64,000 bases of DNA. Source: Candidatus Poribacteria bacterium. Its GTDB lineage: Bacteria; Poribacteria; WGA-4E; WGA-3G. The notes under the pieces are model-generated. The model was given only the letters and a program-made list of their open reading frames with translations. It had not been told where the DNA came from and ran no database searches. Each line of letters starts with the position of its first letter. Positions within the stretch are counted from its first letter, which is position 1. Positions 51,073 to 61,632 of this stretch are shown here, piece by piece. The stretch lies in NCBI GenBank assembly GCA_963665235.2, contig CAXXLX010000001.1:2560001-2624000 (forward strand), read 5' to 3'. The position numbers were made by a program, and so were the translations under genes.

Positions 51073-53808
51073 TTATTTGTCCACACCGACTAAATCCCAT
51101 AATAGCACCGTGCCATCCTCGCTGCCACTGGCAAGAAAAAACTGACCTTTAGGATTAAACGCCACGCTATCGACCGAATCTGTATGTCCACTCAAGGGAA
51201 ACAGGAAATTGCCTGTGTTGACATCCCACAAACGGATTGTGGTATCAGTGCTGCCACTGGCAAGTACTCTACTATCCGGACTAAATGCTACGCTCCTGAT
51301 CCAACCGGTATGCCCCTTTAACGTGTGGAGCAGTTCATTTGTGCTTGCATCCCATAAACAGATTGTCCTGTCCCTACCGCCACTGGCAAGCAATTGTCCA
51401 TCCGGACTAAATGCTATGCTGTTGACACCCCCCGTATGTGCATTTAGGGTGTGCAGTTGCTCACCTGTGTTGACATCCCACAAACGGATTGTTTTATCGG
51501 TGCTGCCACTGGCAAGCGTCCCACTATCAGGACTGAAAAATATGCTCATGACAGAACCGGTATGCTCACTTAGCGTTCGGCGCAGCTCGCCTGTGCTGAT
51601 ATCCCATAAGCAGATTGTGTTATTGGTGCTGCCACTGGCAAGCAGCCGCCCATCGGGACTAAACGCTACGCTCCTGATCCAACCCTTCTGTTCACTTAGC
51701 GTGTGGAGCAGTTCACCTGTGCTGACACTCCATAAGCGAATTGCTCCGTCCATGCTGCCACTCATAAGCACCCGACTGTCAGGACTAAATGCTACGGTAA
51801 AGACATCAGAGCTATCATTCATCAGTGTGTGCAAGTGCCTACCCGTGCTGGCATCCCATAAACGGATCATGTTATCGTCGCCGCCACTAGCAAGCAGTTT
51901 GCCATCGGGACTAAACGCCACACCAAAAACCCAATTTGTATGTTCACTTAGCGTGTGGCGTAGCTCACCCGTACTCACATCCCATATATCCCCAGCTCCA
52001 GTGGCAAGCGTCTGTCCATCGGGACTAAATGCCACGCTAAAAAGCCAAGAGGTATGCTCATTCAGTGTGCGGCGCAGCGCACCTGTGTTGACATCATAGA
52101 AATGGATTCTATTGTACGACCCAGTGGCAAGCAGTTTTCCATCGGGACTAAACGCTACACTATTAACATCCGCCGTATGCTCATCGAGGCTATGGCGCAG
52201 TGCACCTGTGCTTGCATCCCATAAATAGATTGTCCTGTCCCTACTGCCACTGGCAAGCAGCAGCCCCTTTCGACTAAACGCTACGCTGTTGACCTCGGCC
52301 GTATGTTCAATTAGGGTGCGCAGTCGCTCACCTGTGCTGACATCCCACAAACGGATTGTTCTATCGGTGCTGCCACTGGCAAGCAGTTTTCCATCTGAAC
52401 TAAATGATACGCTATTAACCTCACCCATCATATCCTTTTTAACCTCACCCGTCATATCCTTCAAGGTGTGCTGTTGTTCGCCTGTGTTGATATCCCACAA
52501 ACGGATTGTTCTATCGGTGCTGCCACTGGCAAGCGTCTGTCCATCAGGACTAAATGCTACACTATTAACATCCGACGTATGTCCGCTCAAGGTGCGCAAA
52601 TGTATACCTGTGTTGCCATCCCATAAACGAATTGTTTTATCGGTGCTGCCACTGGCAAGCATTCTACCCTCAGGACTAAACGCTACGCTATTAACACCCG
52701 CCGTATGTCCTGTGAGTAGTTCAGATACTTCGCCGCTTTCCGCGTCGTAGAGCCAGATGCCAATACTACTTGCAACTGCTAAACGTGTGCTATTTGGAGA
52801 GTAGGCTACCTCTGCTATTCCGCCTTTACCGAAACGGACTTTTGCCTCTTTTGGCAATTCCCATTGTGTATAGTCTTTGAGAAATTCATCTTCTGCTGTG
52901 GGACCATTATTAATTTGCTGCGCAGGATTATTATTTCGCTTATCCCCCGCGTTGACGTTTCCTATCTGTGTGCGTATATCGGGTGTAAATTCCAGGTTTA
53001 CAACTATAGGTGCGTCAACAATATCGACCGTCATCTCGGACTGCGCGTCTAAACTATAAGGGGGTTGGAAACGCGATAGGTATTGGCTGCCTATTCCGAG
53101 CATCAGGACAATCAAAACGACACTTGACGCGCTCAACGCCCACGGTAACAACGGTTTGCTGCCTGATGGTGCCGCCGGTTTGATGCGGGAAATTTTTCGC
53201 ATAATCTGCTCTGTTAGATTTGTGGATAGCTGGAAATTGCGAAGCGTTTCTCGAATCATCGGTTCCTCCTTTTTGAGTCGCTGCCGGGCCCTGTGTAGTC
53301 GCTGCTTAACCGCGCTTGTAGATATGCCTAAGAACTGACTAATCTCTTCACACGTCATTTCGCCGAAGTAGTGGAGTGTCATCACCGTGCGTTCACTCTC
53401 TTTCAGTTTTGCGAGCAGCTTTTTAACCACCTCGCGCTGTGTTTCAACTGTAGCTTTCGCCTGTTCCGCTGCGATATATTGGGAATATGCCGTATCTGCT
53501 GCCACCTCAATAGTAGTATCATCTAGCGATTCAATTTCAATCCGTTTTTTTCGGAGCCAGGCGTGACATTGCCGATTCGCGATGACGTAAAGCCATCCCG
53601 AGAACTGCTTTGCATCTCTCAGCGTTGTCAGTTTTTGATAGACTTTGAGGAAGGTGTCTTGTGTAATTTCTTCAGCGATGTGAAAGTCGCCAATTTTCCG
53701 CCATGCAAGTGCATGAACCTGCTTTTGATATTTTTTTACCAACGTCTCGAAGGCGGTTTCATCGCCCTCCAAGATGCGGTGTATCAGTTCAACATCGTCG
53801 TTTTTCAT
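51073..53808 (-). CDS. ECF sigma factor fused to TM helix and WD40 repeats
   Basis: AEEITQDTFL sigma2, EEISQFLGISTSAVKQRLHRAR sigma4, TM, many SVAFSPDG..LASGS.D.TIRLWD repeats. Confidence 0.92.
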   Translation of the reverse strand: MKNDDVELIHRILEGDETAFETLVKKYQKQVHALAWRKIGDFHIAEEITQDTFLKVYQKLTTLRDAKQFSGWLYVIANRQCHAWLRKKRIEIESLDDTTIEVAADTAYSQYIAAEQAKATVETQREVVKKLLAKLKESERTVMTLHYFGEMTCEEISQFLGISTSAVKQRLHRARQRLKKEEPMIRETLRNFQLSTNLTEQIMRKISRIKPAAPSGSKPLLPWALSASSVVLIVLMLGIGSQYLSRFQPPYSLDAQSEMTVDIVDAPIVVNLEFTPDIRTQIGNVNAGDKRNNNPAQQINNGPTAEDEFLKDYTQWELPKEAKVRFGKGGIAEVAYSPNSTRLAVASSIGIWLYDAESGEVSELLTGHTAGVNSVAFSPEGRMLASGSTDKTIRLWDGNTGIHLRTLSGHTSDVNSVAFSPDGQTLASGSTDRTIRLWDINTGEQQHTLKDMTGEVKKDMMGEVNSVSFSSDGKLLASGSTDRTIRLWDVSTGERLRTLIEHTAEVNSVAFSRKGLLLASGSRDRTIYLWDASTGALRHSLDEHTADVNSVAFSPDGKLLATGSYNRIHFYDVNTGALRRTLNEHTSWLFSVAFSPDGQTLATGAGDIWDVSTGELRHTLSEHTNWVFGVAFSPDGKLLASGGDDNMIRLWDASTGRHLHTLMNDSSDVFTVAFSPDSRVLMSGSMDGAIRLWSVSTGELLHTLSEQKGWIRSVAFSPDGRLLASGSTNNTICLWDISTGELRRTLSEHTGSVMSIFFSPDSGTLASGSTDKTIRLWDVNTGEQLHTLNAHTGGVNSIAFSPDGQLLASGGRDRTICLWDASTNELLHTLKGHTGWIRSVAFSPDSRVLASGSTDTTIRLWDVNTGNFLFPLSGHTDSVDSVAFNPKGQFFLASGSEDGTVLLWDLVGVDK

Positions 53809-53910
53809 CAAATACCTCCAGAAAATTGATTCATCGTAAACCAATATATAATGACGCGAGCTAGCGGCAAAATGGTTACATAATTCTGGAAAAAGATGGA
53901 TTTCGAGGTA

Positions 53911-54123
53911 ACGTGAGCTTGATAATAAATATCCGTTTTCTCTAAACCTTTTTCATCGCGAAAAAAGCGGTATAATTGTAGCATAAACTTCCTAGTTTGT
54001 GCTCTAAACCTTTTTCATCGCGAAAAAAGCGGTATAATTGTAGCATAAACTTCCTAGTTTGTGCTGTTTTTTGCTAAAACTACCACAGAACGCTCTAGGT
54101 CAAAACTTTTTTCAAACTCGCGT
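53911..54123. mobile_element. ACGTGAG-type MITE with 6-bp TSD (GAGGTA) and duplicated GTAGCATAAAC REP-like unit
   Basis: GAGGTA at 53905-10 and 54124-29. Confidence 0.8.
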
Positions 54124-54211
54124 GAGGTAATAAAATATGTGAACACCTCCTGATAGGCGTGGTTTCCTAACCCACCATTTATCCAAGCCTAGTAGGCGCG
54201 CTTTTATGAAT

Positions 54212-54322
54212 CAGGACTTACGCAAATTTAGCACATAGTCTCGTAGGGGCGAGGTCACCTCGCCCGCTATACCCTTAAATCCCATTATCTATGGACTTTA
54301 TCAAAGCACTGCGTAAGTCCTG
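54212..54322. mobile_element. CAGGACTTACGCA-type MITE with 5-bp TSD (TGAAT)
   Basis: Perfect 13-bp TIRs; TGAAT at 54207-11 and 54323-27. Confidence 0.8.
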
Positions 54323-54328
54323 TGAATA

Positions 54329-56223
54329 TTAATTTTTTAATAAGGAGGTGAGGTCCCATAGAAGTATTGTGCCATCTATACTTCCACTTGCGAGCGTTTT
54401 ATGATTTGGGGTTAAGACAATACTAGAAACACCTGCCGTATGTTCAATGAGCTTTCGGAAGAGCGTACCCGAATCCGTATTCCAAAAACGGATTGAATTG
54501 TCATAACCTCCGCTAACTATTGTGTTTCCATCGGGGTAAATATGAGAGCCGTGACTCCGGAAGTGTGTCCAATCAGCGTATTTTTATGTTGACCGGAGGG
54601 AACATTCCATAAACGAATTGTTTTGTCATAGCTCCCACTAGCGAGCGTACTGCCATCCGGATTGAATGCCAGCGTCTCGACACGGTCCGTATGTCCAGTA
54701 AATTTCTGAATTTGTGTTCCTGAAATCCAATTCCATATACGGATAGTATTGTCATCACTTCCACTAGCGAGCGTACTGCCATCCGGACTGAAAGCTATGC
54801 TAAGGACAGCAGCGGTATGCCCTCTAATTTTCCTTTGTTTACCTGTGTTTGTATCCCATAATCGGATAATATTATCACTCCCAGCACTTGCCAGTATACT
54901 GCCATCTGGACTGAACGCAACACTATTAATGCCTCCGCCGATTATACTCTGGAGAGTTTGCTTGTGCGCTCCCGAAACTGAATCCCAAAGATGGATAGTC
55001 GCATCGTATCCCCCACTCGCGAGTATCGCGCCATCCGGACTGAAGGCGAGGGTATTAATTTGAAATCTATGTCCAGTGAGAGTTTGCTTAGGTGCGCTTG
55101 AATCCCAATCCCATAGTCGAATGTCTGATGTATGTGCACTTGCGAGTATGTGTCCATCTGGACTGAAAGCAATCTCCCAAATTGCTGCGTGGGCATATCC
55201 AGTGAATATTTGCTTTTGTTCACCCGAAATCACCTCCCAAATACGGATGGAACCGTCTCCGCTTGCACTTGCTAGTGTTCGCATATCCGGACTGAAGGCA
55301 ACACTTGCTATATATCCCTCGTGTCCTCTGAGAACTTTCTTTGGCCTACCTGTGTTTGCATCCCACAAGCGGATAGTCATGTCCCCACTACCGGTAGCAA
55401 TTAGACTTCCATCCGGACTGAAGGTAACACAGGTAATATATTTGCTATGTCTTTTGAGGAGTCCTCCGAGGATTTTCTTTTGTTTGCCTGTGTTTGTGTC
55501 CCATATACGAGCAGTTTTTTCATCACCGCCACTTACTAGTAAACTGCCATCTGGATTGAACGCAATACTTCTGACACGCTTCTTATGTCCAAGGAGTGTC
55601 AGTTTATGCACGCCAGAAACCCAATCCCATATACGGATAGTATTATCCCTACTTCCACTTGCAAGCAGTGTTCCCTCCGGACTGAAGGTAAGACTTTCGA
55701 TACCTTTTGTATGTCCTTTGAAGGTATTCTTGTGCCGCCCCGTGTTTGCATCCCACAAGTGGATGTTTCTGGCCCTGCCACCCCCTGCAATAGTAGTTCC
55801 ATCCGCGCTAAAGGCGATGCTTGTAATACCACCGAAAACATCCTCAACCAGTTTCCGTTTTTCTTTTCCTGTAGTAGAGTCCCAAAGACGAATAGTGTCG
55901 TCTTCACCCCCACTTGCGATAGTAGTTCCATCCGCGCTAAAGGCAATGCATTCAACAAAGTCTTTATGTCCTGAGAGCAAGGCGATTTCTTTATAGGTTA
56001 TTGCATCATAGAGTCTAATCCCAATAGAGCTTGCCACTGCTAGACGTGTACCATCTGGAGAATAAACGAGATTTCCAGTTATCACCCCTTTACCGAGACG
56101 TTGTGGTTTGGCACCTTTAGGTCCATTCCATTCTGTATAGTCTTGTGCAAAAATATTGAGTGGCAAAAATATTGAAATGAAAAATAATGCCCAGAGAATT
56201 GCGAAAAATTGTGATTTTTTCAT
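54329..56223 (-). CDS. Secreted WD40-repeat protein, frameshifted near the C-terminus
   Basis: Signal peptide, WD40 repeats; final repeats continue in another frame after the G4 run at 54533-54536. Confidence 0.85.
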
Positions 56224-56249
56224 GTTTTTTTCCCACAAGAGAGGAATAT

Positions 56250-57179
56250 CTATCCTACCAAATACTTAAAGACAGCGGATAAATTGTCGTCAGGGGAATA
56301 GAGTTGAGAAATGTTCAATTCGTTTTCAATCAGAATTTGGGGCAGCCGCGCGTAAAAAGCGTCCGGCTTTGCCGTTTCAATGACAACATCCCCCACCTCA
56401 TTGCCGAAGGTGACGCTAAGAATATCCTCAAACGGCAGACAGATTTGTGCCAAGCGGCGCGGTTCGACAGCCCGCATGTAGACCTTATGCGGGTGTTCAT
56501 CGATAAGTTCACGGATGTCGGAGATAGTCCCTTCCGCGAGGATGCGTCCTTGATGAATGAGCAGAATCGTCTCTGTCATCGCTTCTATCTCATAAAGAAT
56601 ATGGCTTGAGACAACCATGCTGATACCCTGTTCCACAAGTTCCGCGAGTAGTGCTAAGATATGCCGTCTGCCAATAGGGTCAAGTCCGGTGAGCGGTTCA
56701 TCCAGGAAAAGAAGCTCCGGTTCATGGACAAGGGCTTGGGCAAGCTTGATACGTTGGCGCATCCCCTTGCTGTAGGAGCCGATAGGTTTGTCTTTTGCCG
56801 AAAGCATGTCCACCGTTTCAAGCACTTTCAAGCTCCGAGATTCTACGTCCGCTTTGTCGTATCCGCTTAACGTCGCAAAAAAGGCGATAAACTCAAAACC
56901 GCTCATAAATTGATAGGCTAATTCTATATCCGGGCAGTAGCCGATTCGGCGGGTGAGTTGAACGTTATTCCATACCGGTTGGTCTAGGACAGTGATGTGC
57001 CCCTGATTCGGTTTGAGTTGACCGGTCATTAATTTAAGTAGACTTGTTTTGCCTGCCCCGTTAGGGCCTAACAGTCCGGTGATGCCGGGGTGGATTGTCA
57101 ACGTTACGTCATTTACACCTAGGACTTCGCCGTACCATTTGGACAAGTTTTCAGTTTGAACGATTGGTGTGTTATTCAT
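56250..57179 (-). CDS. ABC transporter ATP-binding protein
   Basis: GPNGAGKT, YSKGMRQR, LDEP, SSH. Confidence 0.93.
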   Translation of the reverse strand: MNNTPIVQTENLSKWYGEVLGVNDVTLTIHPGITGLLGPNGAGKTSLLKLMTGQLKPNQGHITVLDQPVWNNVQLTRRIGYCPDIELAYQFMSGFEFIAFFATLSGYDKADVESRSLKVLETVDMLSAKDKPIGSYSKGMRQRIKLAQALVHEPELLFLDEPLTGLDPIGRRHILALLAELVEQGISMVVSSHILYEIEAMTETILLIHQGRILAEGTISDIRELIDEHPHKVYMRAVEPRRLAQICLPFEDILSVTFGNEVGDVVIETAKPDAFYARLPQILIENELNISQLYSPDDNLSAVFKYLVG

Positions 57180-58122
57180 AGTTAGCTTTCAACTGTTTAC
57201 AGATTTTGAGGGTTTCTTCAAGATTTTGGATGCCTGCCGTGGTCCCAATAGCAGTTACACATGCTGCGCCTGTTGCGGACGCTAATTCCGCTGTCGCTTT
57301 GAGCTCCCATTCCATCACTGTCCCAGCGAGGAAGCCGGCGGCATAAGCATCACCTGCCCCGGTGGCATCAATGACCTCTACACAGTATGCTGGAATAGAA
57401 AGTTCTTCAGTATCGGTAGCGACGTAGCTCCCGCGGGCTCCCATTTTGATACCAACGGTGCTAATGCCGTAGTTTCTGAAAAATTGTGCAATTTCGGGCA
57501 GCTCGGATGTACCGGTCAGGTGTTCGGCTTCTGTTAAACTTGGCAGAAAGATGTCAACGAACGGCAAACAAGGTTCCAACGTTTCCAACCACTTTCCTGT
57601 AGCGTCCCAGGCTGTGTCGAGTGAGGTAGTTATGCCCAACGCCTTCGCTTTTCGGAGCACGTTCGCCATAGGGTGTCCATCAAATTTCGGCATCACAAGC
57701 GCGCCCGCGATATGCAGAATCTTCGCGGTTTTAAGAAGTTCCCAATTGATGTCCGCTTCGCAAAGCTCTCCGTTTGCACCGATGTAGTGGCAGAAACTTC
57801 GTTCCCCATCGGAGGCAATTGCGACAAATGTAAAGGAGGTGTTGACGTTAGCATCCTGTTGTATACCGGTGGTATCAACGCCATTTTCGGTGAGCGTTTG
57901 TAAAACGACATTGCCAAAATGGTCGCTGCCGATTTTTCCCATCCCGCCAACGGAGATGCCTAACCGCGAAAGCGCAATCGCTGTGTTATTTGCACAGCCC
58001 CCGGTATGGATTTCTAGTTCATCAAAAAGCTCTAATTTCCCTTTTTCGGGAAAACGGTCTATGGGTCGTCCGAGCACATCGACGACAAAAATTCCGAGCG
58101 ATAGCACGTCCATCCGTTTCAC
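57172..58122 (-). CDS. PfkB family carbohydrate kinase
   Basis: GGCANNTA, DATGAGDAY. Confidence 0.92.
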   Translation of the reverse strand: MKRMDVLSLGIFVVDVLGRPIDRFPEKGKLELFDELEIHTGGCANNTAIALSRLGISVGGMGKIGSDHFGNVVLQTLTENGVDTTGIQQDANVNTSFTFVAIASDGERSFCHYIGANGELCEADINWELLKTAKILHIAGALVMPKFDGHPMANVLRKAKALGITTSLDTAWDATGKWLETLEPCLPFVDIFLPSLTEAEHLTGTSELPEIAQFFRNYGISTVGIKMGARGSYVATDTEELSIPAYCVEVIDATGAGDAYAAGFLAGTVMEWELKATAELASATGAACVTAIGTTAGIQNLEETLKICKQLKANYE

Positions 58123-58157
58123 CTCTTTATCTCCGCTGGTTGTGTATTGAGACTACA

Positions 58158-60113
58158 TCACTGTTTCTCCTCATGGAGATACAAAATCACTAACGTTTCA
58201 TCATTTAACGTAACGTTTCCATCTGTTGCCGTGAGCGGAATTGCTTCTGAAAACTGCTTCGGTTGCGCCATCCACCCAAGACACACCGCCCGCTTAGAAA
58301 TATCGGTTGCGGCGGTGTAGTTCTTTATCTCGGTTGTTAAGTATTGTAACACACCTTCCCGTTGTAAGATTTGCGCGAACGGTTTCCGAGCGACGTTCAA
58401 ACCTTCAGCAGGGGGCATCTTTTCTGCTAGCTTACCGGAGGTGCCAGATGCCAGTATGTCCCTCTCACCGAGTGTGACATTTCCCAAATAGGTTGCTTCT
58501 TCGCCTATAAATCGCCATGCGTCTTCTAATTCTAGAGCCGGTTGTTGCCAATCCAAAAATGCCGTTTTCAGATATGTGCTGGGGCTCCACGGTTCCACAT
58601 AAGCTGCTTGTACCTGAAACAGTGACCCTTGTGTGAGCTTTGGCAACGCTGCGCCGCTCGCTGTTTTTTCTGGTGCCAAAGGACGAATAAAGGTGTCTTG
58701 TGTCAGCACAATTGACGTTTCGGTATGGGCAGTCGCGCGTAGTGACACGTAACTTTGGTAGTGTGCGCGGGCCCGTTCCGGATAGACAGATAAAATCGAA
58801 AACCGGTCCGCCGTGAGACTTTTCGGCAGCACAGTTCGTGCTACACCGATAGTACTGATGGAAATAAGCACGAGAACCGCTCCGCCAAGCCAATAGCTCC
58901 TCGCTTTTTTTTGTGGGTACCGCCTGCCTCTGCTAAAATAGCGGAGGAAACCGCCAAAGCTGAGTAGATATACCGGTAATACTATCGATAGCAGTTTAAT
59001 GAGCGGAACCTGTGTCGGCATTTTTGACAGAAACTGTTCATAAATTTTTTCATCGTGTTTACGATACTGTGCATATCGCGTCGCCAGGAGCCGGGGTGAT
59101 TTACCGTGCGTTTTGAGTAATCCACTCCAAAAGGATTCTGCTGCATGCTGTCCGGAAAATGGAGGGGCGTTGTAATCAAACGAGAGACACAGAATCTGCC
59201 CACTCCCTAAAAGCCGTTTGGCGACGTAAATCTGTTCATTTGTACCAATTACGGTATGGCATCCGGGGTGCGGTGCAAACTGGATATGCTTAAACGGTGT
59301 CCTGATATGCTCCGACATGCCCCCCTCCGACTTAAAGCCGAATTGTTGTTGCAAGACAGGGGGTATAACGTCAAGTGTCTGCTCACGTATCAGTTGAACC
59401 GGCAAAAACTGTTCAATAAAACTCCCTTTCAGGTAACGAAAGTTGCTGCCCCCCGATACAATCAGCGTGCCCCCCCGTTGTATCCAATCTAATAGTGCTG
59501 TTTGTCGTGATTTAGAAATGCGCGTCGGCGTTAGTGCTATCTCACGGATAACGAGCACATCTATGCTGCTATAACCTATCCACTGTGTCGGCATCGCGTC
59601 CGAATTTGGAAGGTATTTGACCTGTATCTGTGTGCCTTCGGCATCTAGTTGTTTTTTGTCAATTAATTTTTGTAGCTTGTCCCCACTCGGCACTAATCCA
59701 AGCACGAAATAGTCGACGTTTTCTATCGATGTTGGCGGTAAAATCTCTTGCATCGCCCTCGGTGCTAATTGCTGCCCCGATTTTTCTATTTGTGCAAGTT
59801 TTATAACAAATTTTGCAGCTGTCTTGGGACAGTAGACATAGAGTTGTTTACGTTGCCAATCGGTTGTGCTGAGCTGCAGCGGCGTAGTGTGTCGCTGAAT
59901 AGGCACATCTGAAATCCGATTGCGAACCTCAACCGTGAGTTCTCCGTTAAACGACGTAGCTTCATTCTGGCTTCGCACGATGACATTCAGGGGCACCCAT
60001 GTTCCCGCTTTGTAGCCGTCGTTGAACCCAAAGGTTACCTCCTCAAAATTCACCGCGCAGAGGGCAGAAGATGCAGCAAAAAATGCTAATAAAAGTGTCG
60101 CTTTTGTTCTCAT
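58158..60113 (-). CDS. Hypothetical membrane protein with GATase-like domain (ABC-associated)
   Basis: Signal peptide, WIQRGGTLIVSGG, two TM helices. Confidence 0.7.
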   Translation of the reverse strand: MRTKATLLLAFFAASSALCAVNFEEVTFGFNDGYKAGTWVPLNVIVRSQNEATSFNGELTVEVRNRISDVPIQRHTTPLQLSTTDWQRKQLYVYCPKTAAKFVIKLAQIEKSGQQLAPRAMQEILPPTSIENVDYFVLGLVPSGDKLQKLIDKKQLDAEGTQIQVKYLPNSDAMPTQWIGYSSIDVLVIREIALTPTRISKSRQTALLDWIQRGGTLIVSGGSNFRYLKGSFIEQFLPVQLIREQTLDVIPPVLQQQFGFKSEGGMSEHIRTPFKHIQFAPHPGCHTVIGTNEQIYVAKRLLGSGQILCLSFDYNAPPFSGQHAAESFWSGLLKTHGKSPRLLATRYAQYRKHDEKIYEQFLSKMPTQVPLIKLLSIVLPVYLLSFGGFLRYFSRGRRYPQKKARSYWLGGAVLVLISISTIGVARTVLPKSLTADRFSILSVYPERARAHYQSYVSLRATAHTETSIVLTQDTFIRPLAPEKTASGAALPKLTQGSLFQVQAAYVEPWSPSTYLKTAFLDWQQPALELEDAWRFIGEEATYLGNVTLGERDILASGTSGKLAEKMPPAEGLNVARKPFAQILQREGVLQYLTTEIKNYTAATDISKRAVCLGWMAQPKQFSEAIPLTATDGNVTLNDETLVILYLHEEKQ

Positions 60114-60167
60114 CGCAACGCCATCTCCACGAAATGCGTCTTTATATAAGACGTAAAAACTATGTTT

Positions 60168-61001
60168 TTAGATGAGGCGCGCTGGATTTTTAGAGAGCCG
60201 TGTCTCCGTCGCGCCATCAAAAGGGGATGTGCTAAAAACCCCGTTCCCTAACATAATCATGGAGGCAACACCCCCTGCCGCCTCAATTTGTGAGATTGTC
60301 TCTATCACCCGTGCATCGCGCAGCAAACCGCTCTCCACTGAAAATTGTTTTGCGACTGCAAAACATTCGGTAAAAAGTGCCTGCTCTTTCACAGCATCTG
60401 TGAGCGATTGCAAAGCAGCTAAGGCGGTATCCGCAGCACGATTGATTCGTCTTGTCTGCTCCGGGTTTCCAAGCACCTCGCTCGTCCGAATCGGGCCGAA
60501 GTACCGATAATAGATAGGTTGTTCAGCAATCGGCAGCCTGTCAGCGACTAACGGCGCGCCCTCCTTCAACTTGACGAGACAACCGCCGTGGTATTGCGAA
60601 CAGACATCGCCTAGCCCAGTGCGATTTTCAACTTCGGCAACGTGTGCTATCATTGCAAGCTCCGCAACGGATTTACGGCGTTGCAGCAGTTCGTTAAGGG
60701 AATATGCTGTTGACAACGCAGCAGCACCGCTCAACCCGAAACCGCAACCGAGCGGCAGCGGGGAGGTAATGTCTACCTTTATGTCTACTTCAGTGAGCTG
60801 ATTGACGACATGCCGAACCGTTGGAAAATTGATACCCTCTCCGTTAAATAGGACTATTGTCTCGTCATGCACAGAGACGGTGACTTCTACACCCTCTTTG
60901 ACTGTAAACCCCATGCCGAGTGAATGCATGCGGGCTGCATCAGGATGCGGAATAACCTTGAAAACACACGAAATGTTGCCAGGGGCAAATGCGCTTGCCA
61001 T
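60168..61001 (-). CDS. GHMP kinase, archaeal pantoate-kinase-like
   Basis: AFAPGNISCVF, PLGCGFGLSGAAAL, AHVAEV..RTGLGDV, MIMLGNGVF. Confidence 0.75.
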   Translation of the reverse strand: MASAFAPGNISCVFKVIPHPDAARMHSLGMGFTVKEGVEVTVSVHDETIVLFNGEGINFPTVRHVVNQLTEVDIKVDITSPLPLGCGFGLSGAAALSTAYSLNELLQRRKSVAELAMIAHVAEVENRTGLGDVCSQYHGGCLVKLKEGAPLVADRLPIAEQPIYYRYFGPIRTSEVLGNPEQTRRINRAADTALAALQSLTDAVKEQALFTECFAVAKQFSVESGLLRDARVIETISQIEAAGGVASMIMLGNGVFSTSPFDGATETRLSKNPARLI

Positions 61002-61039
61002 GTCGCTCCTTTCTTTTTAAGATGAAGAGACTCCCTTAA

Positions 61040-61571
61040 CAATCCCAAGTCTTTAGCTTTGGGTCCAACCCGCGTCTCTTGTGCGACCGCAAATCAAAAG
61101 AAGAACTTTGACTTTTGCACTTGATTCGTGGTATAATATTAGCATAACCCGTGGCAACCTATGTCTCTCTAATACTTGTTAGAGTGGTTGCCCATCCTAA
61201 AGACATAATGGGTTAAGGTTATGGGTTTATTCCGATTTTAAACAACTTCCGTTATCCTGCTATAAGCGAAGGTTAACGGTGCAGGAATTGTAAAACAATG
61301 CTTTGCCACGAAGATAGTGAGTCAGAAAGCGTATCAGGAGGCTGCCCAAACCATTGGTCTCCTGTAGTAGCGTCTGTGGAGCGCGCCGCCTTTGTCATAA
61401 AAGGTCAAGCATTCGTGAACTGCGAATGTCGTAACTTCGGTTTTTCAGGTCACCCGAAGGGGACTTACACCGATGGAGCCGCCGATGAGCGGTAAAATGC
61501 TGCCCGTATGTCTGTAGGGAGACGGGCCTTCTTTATGAGGTCCCACTGCTTTAGCTGTGGGAGTGCTTCAC
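61040..61571 (+). mobile_element. ORF-less IS200/IS605-type element with promoter and structured RNA (element C, second sequence type)
   Basis: CCC..CTTTAGC..GGG hairpins at both ends, TTGACT-18-TATAAT (61108-61137), ends ...GGGAGTGCTTCAC; left boundary approximate. Confidence 0.65.
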
Positions 61572-61632
61572 TAGCCTTAAACGCCTTGCATGTCTACAAA
61601 GTTTATCTAAGGTAGGCTCGGGATGTCCGTGT

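Noticed and set aside
51209-55996. Long plus-strand ORFs (51209-52099, 55076-55996, etc.)
   Set aside because: Antisense shadows of WD40 repeat genes
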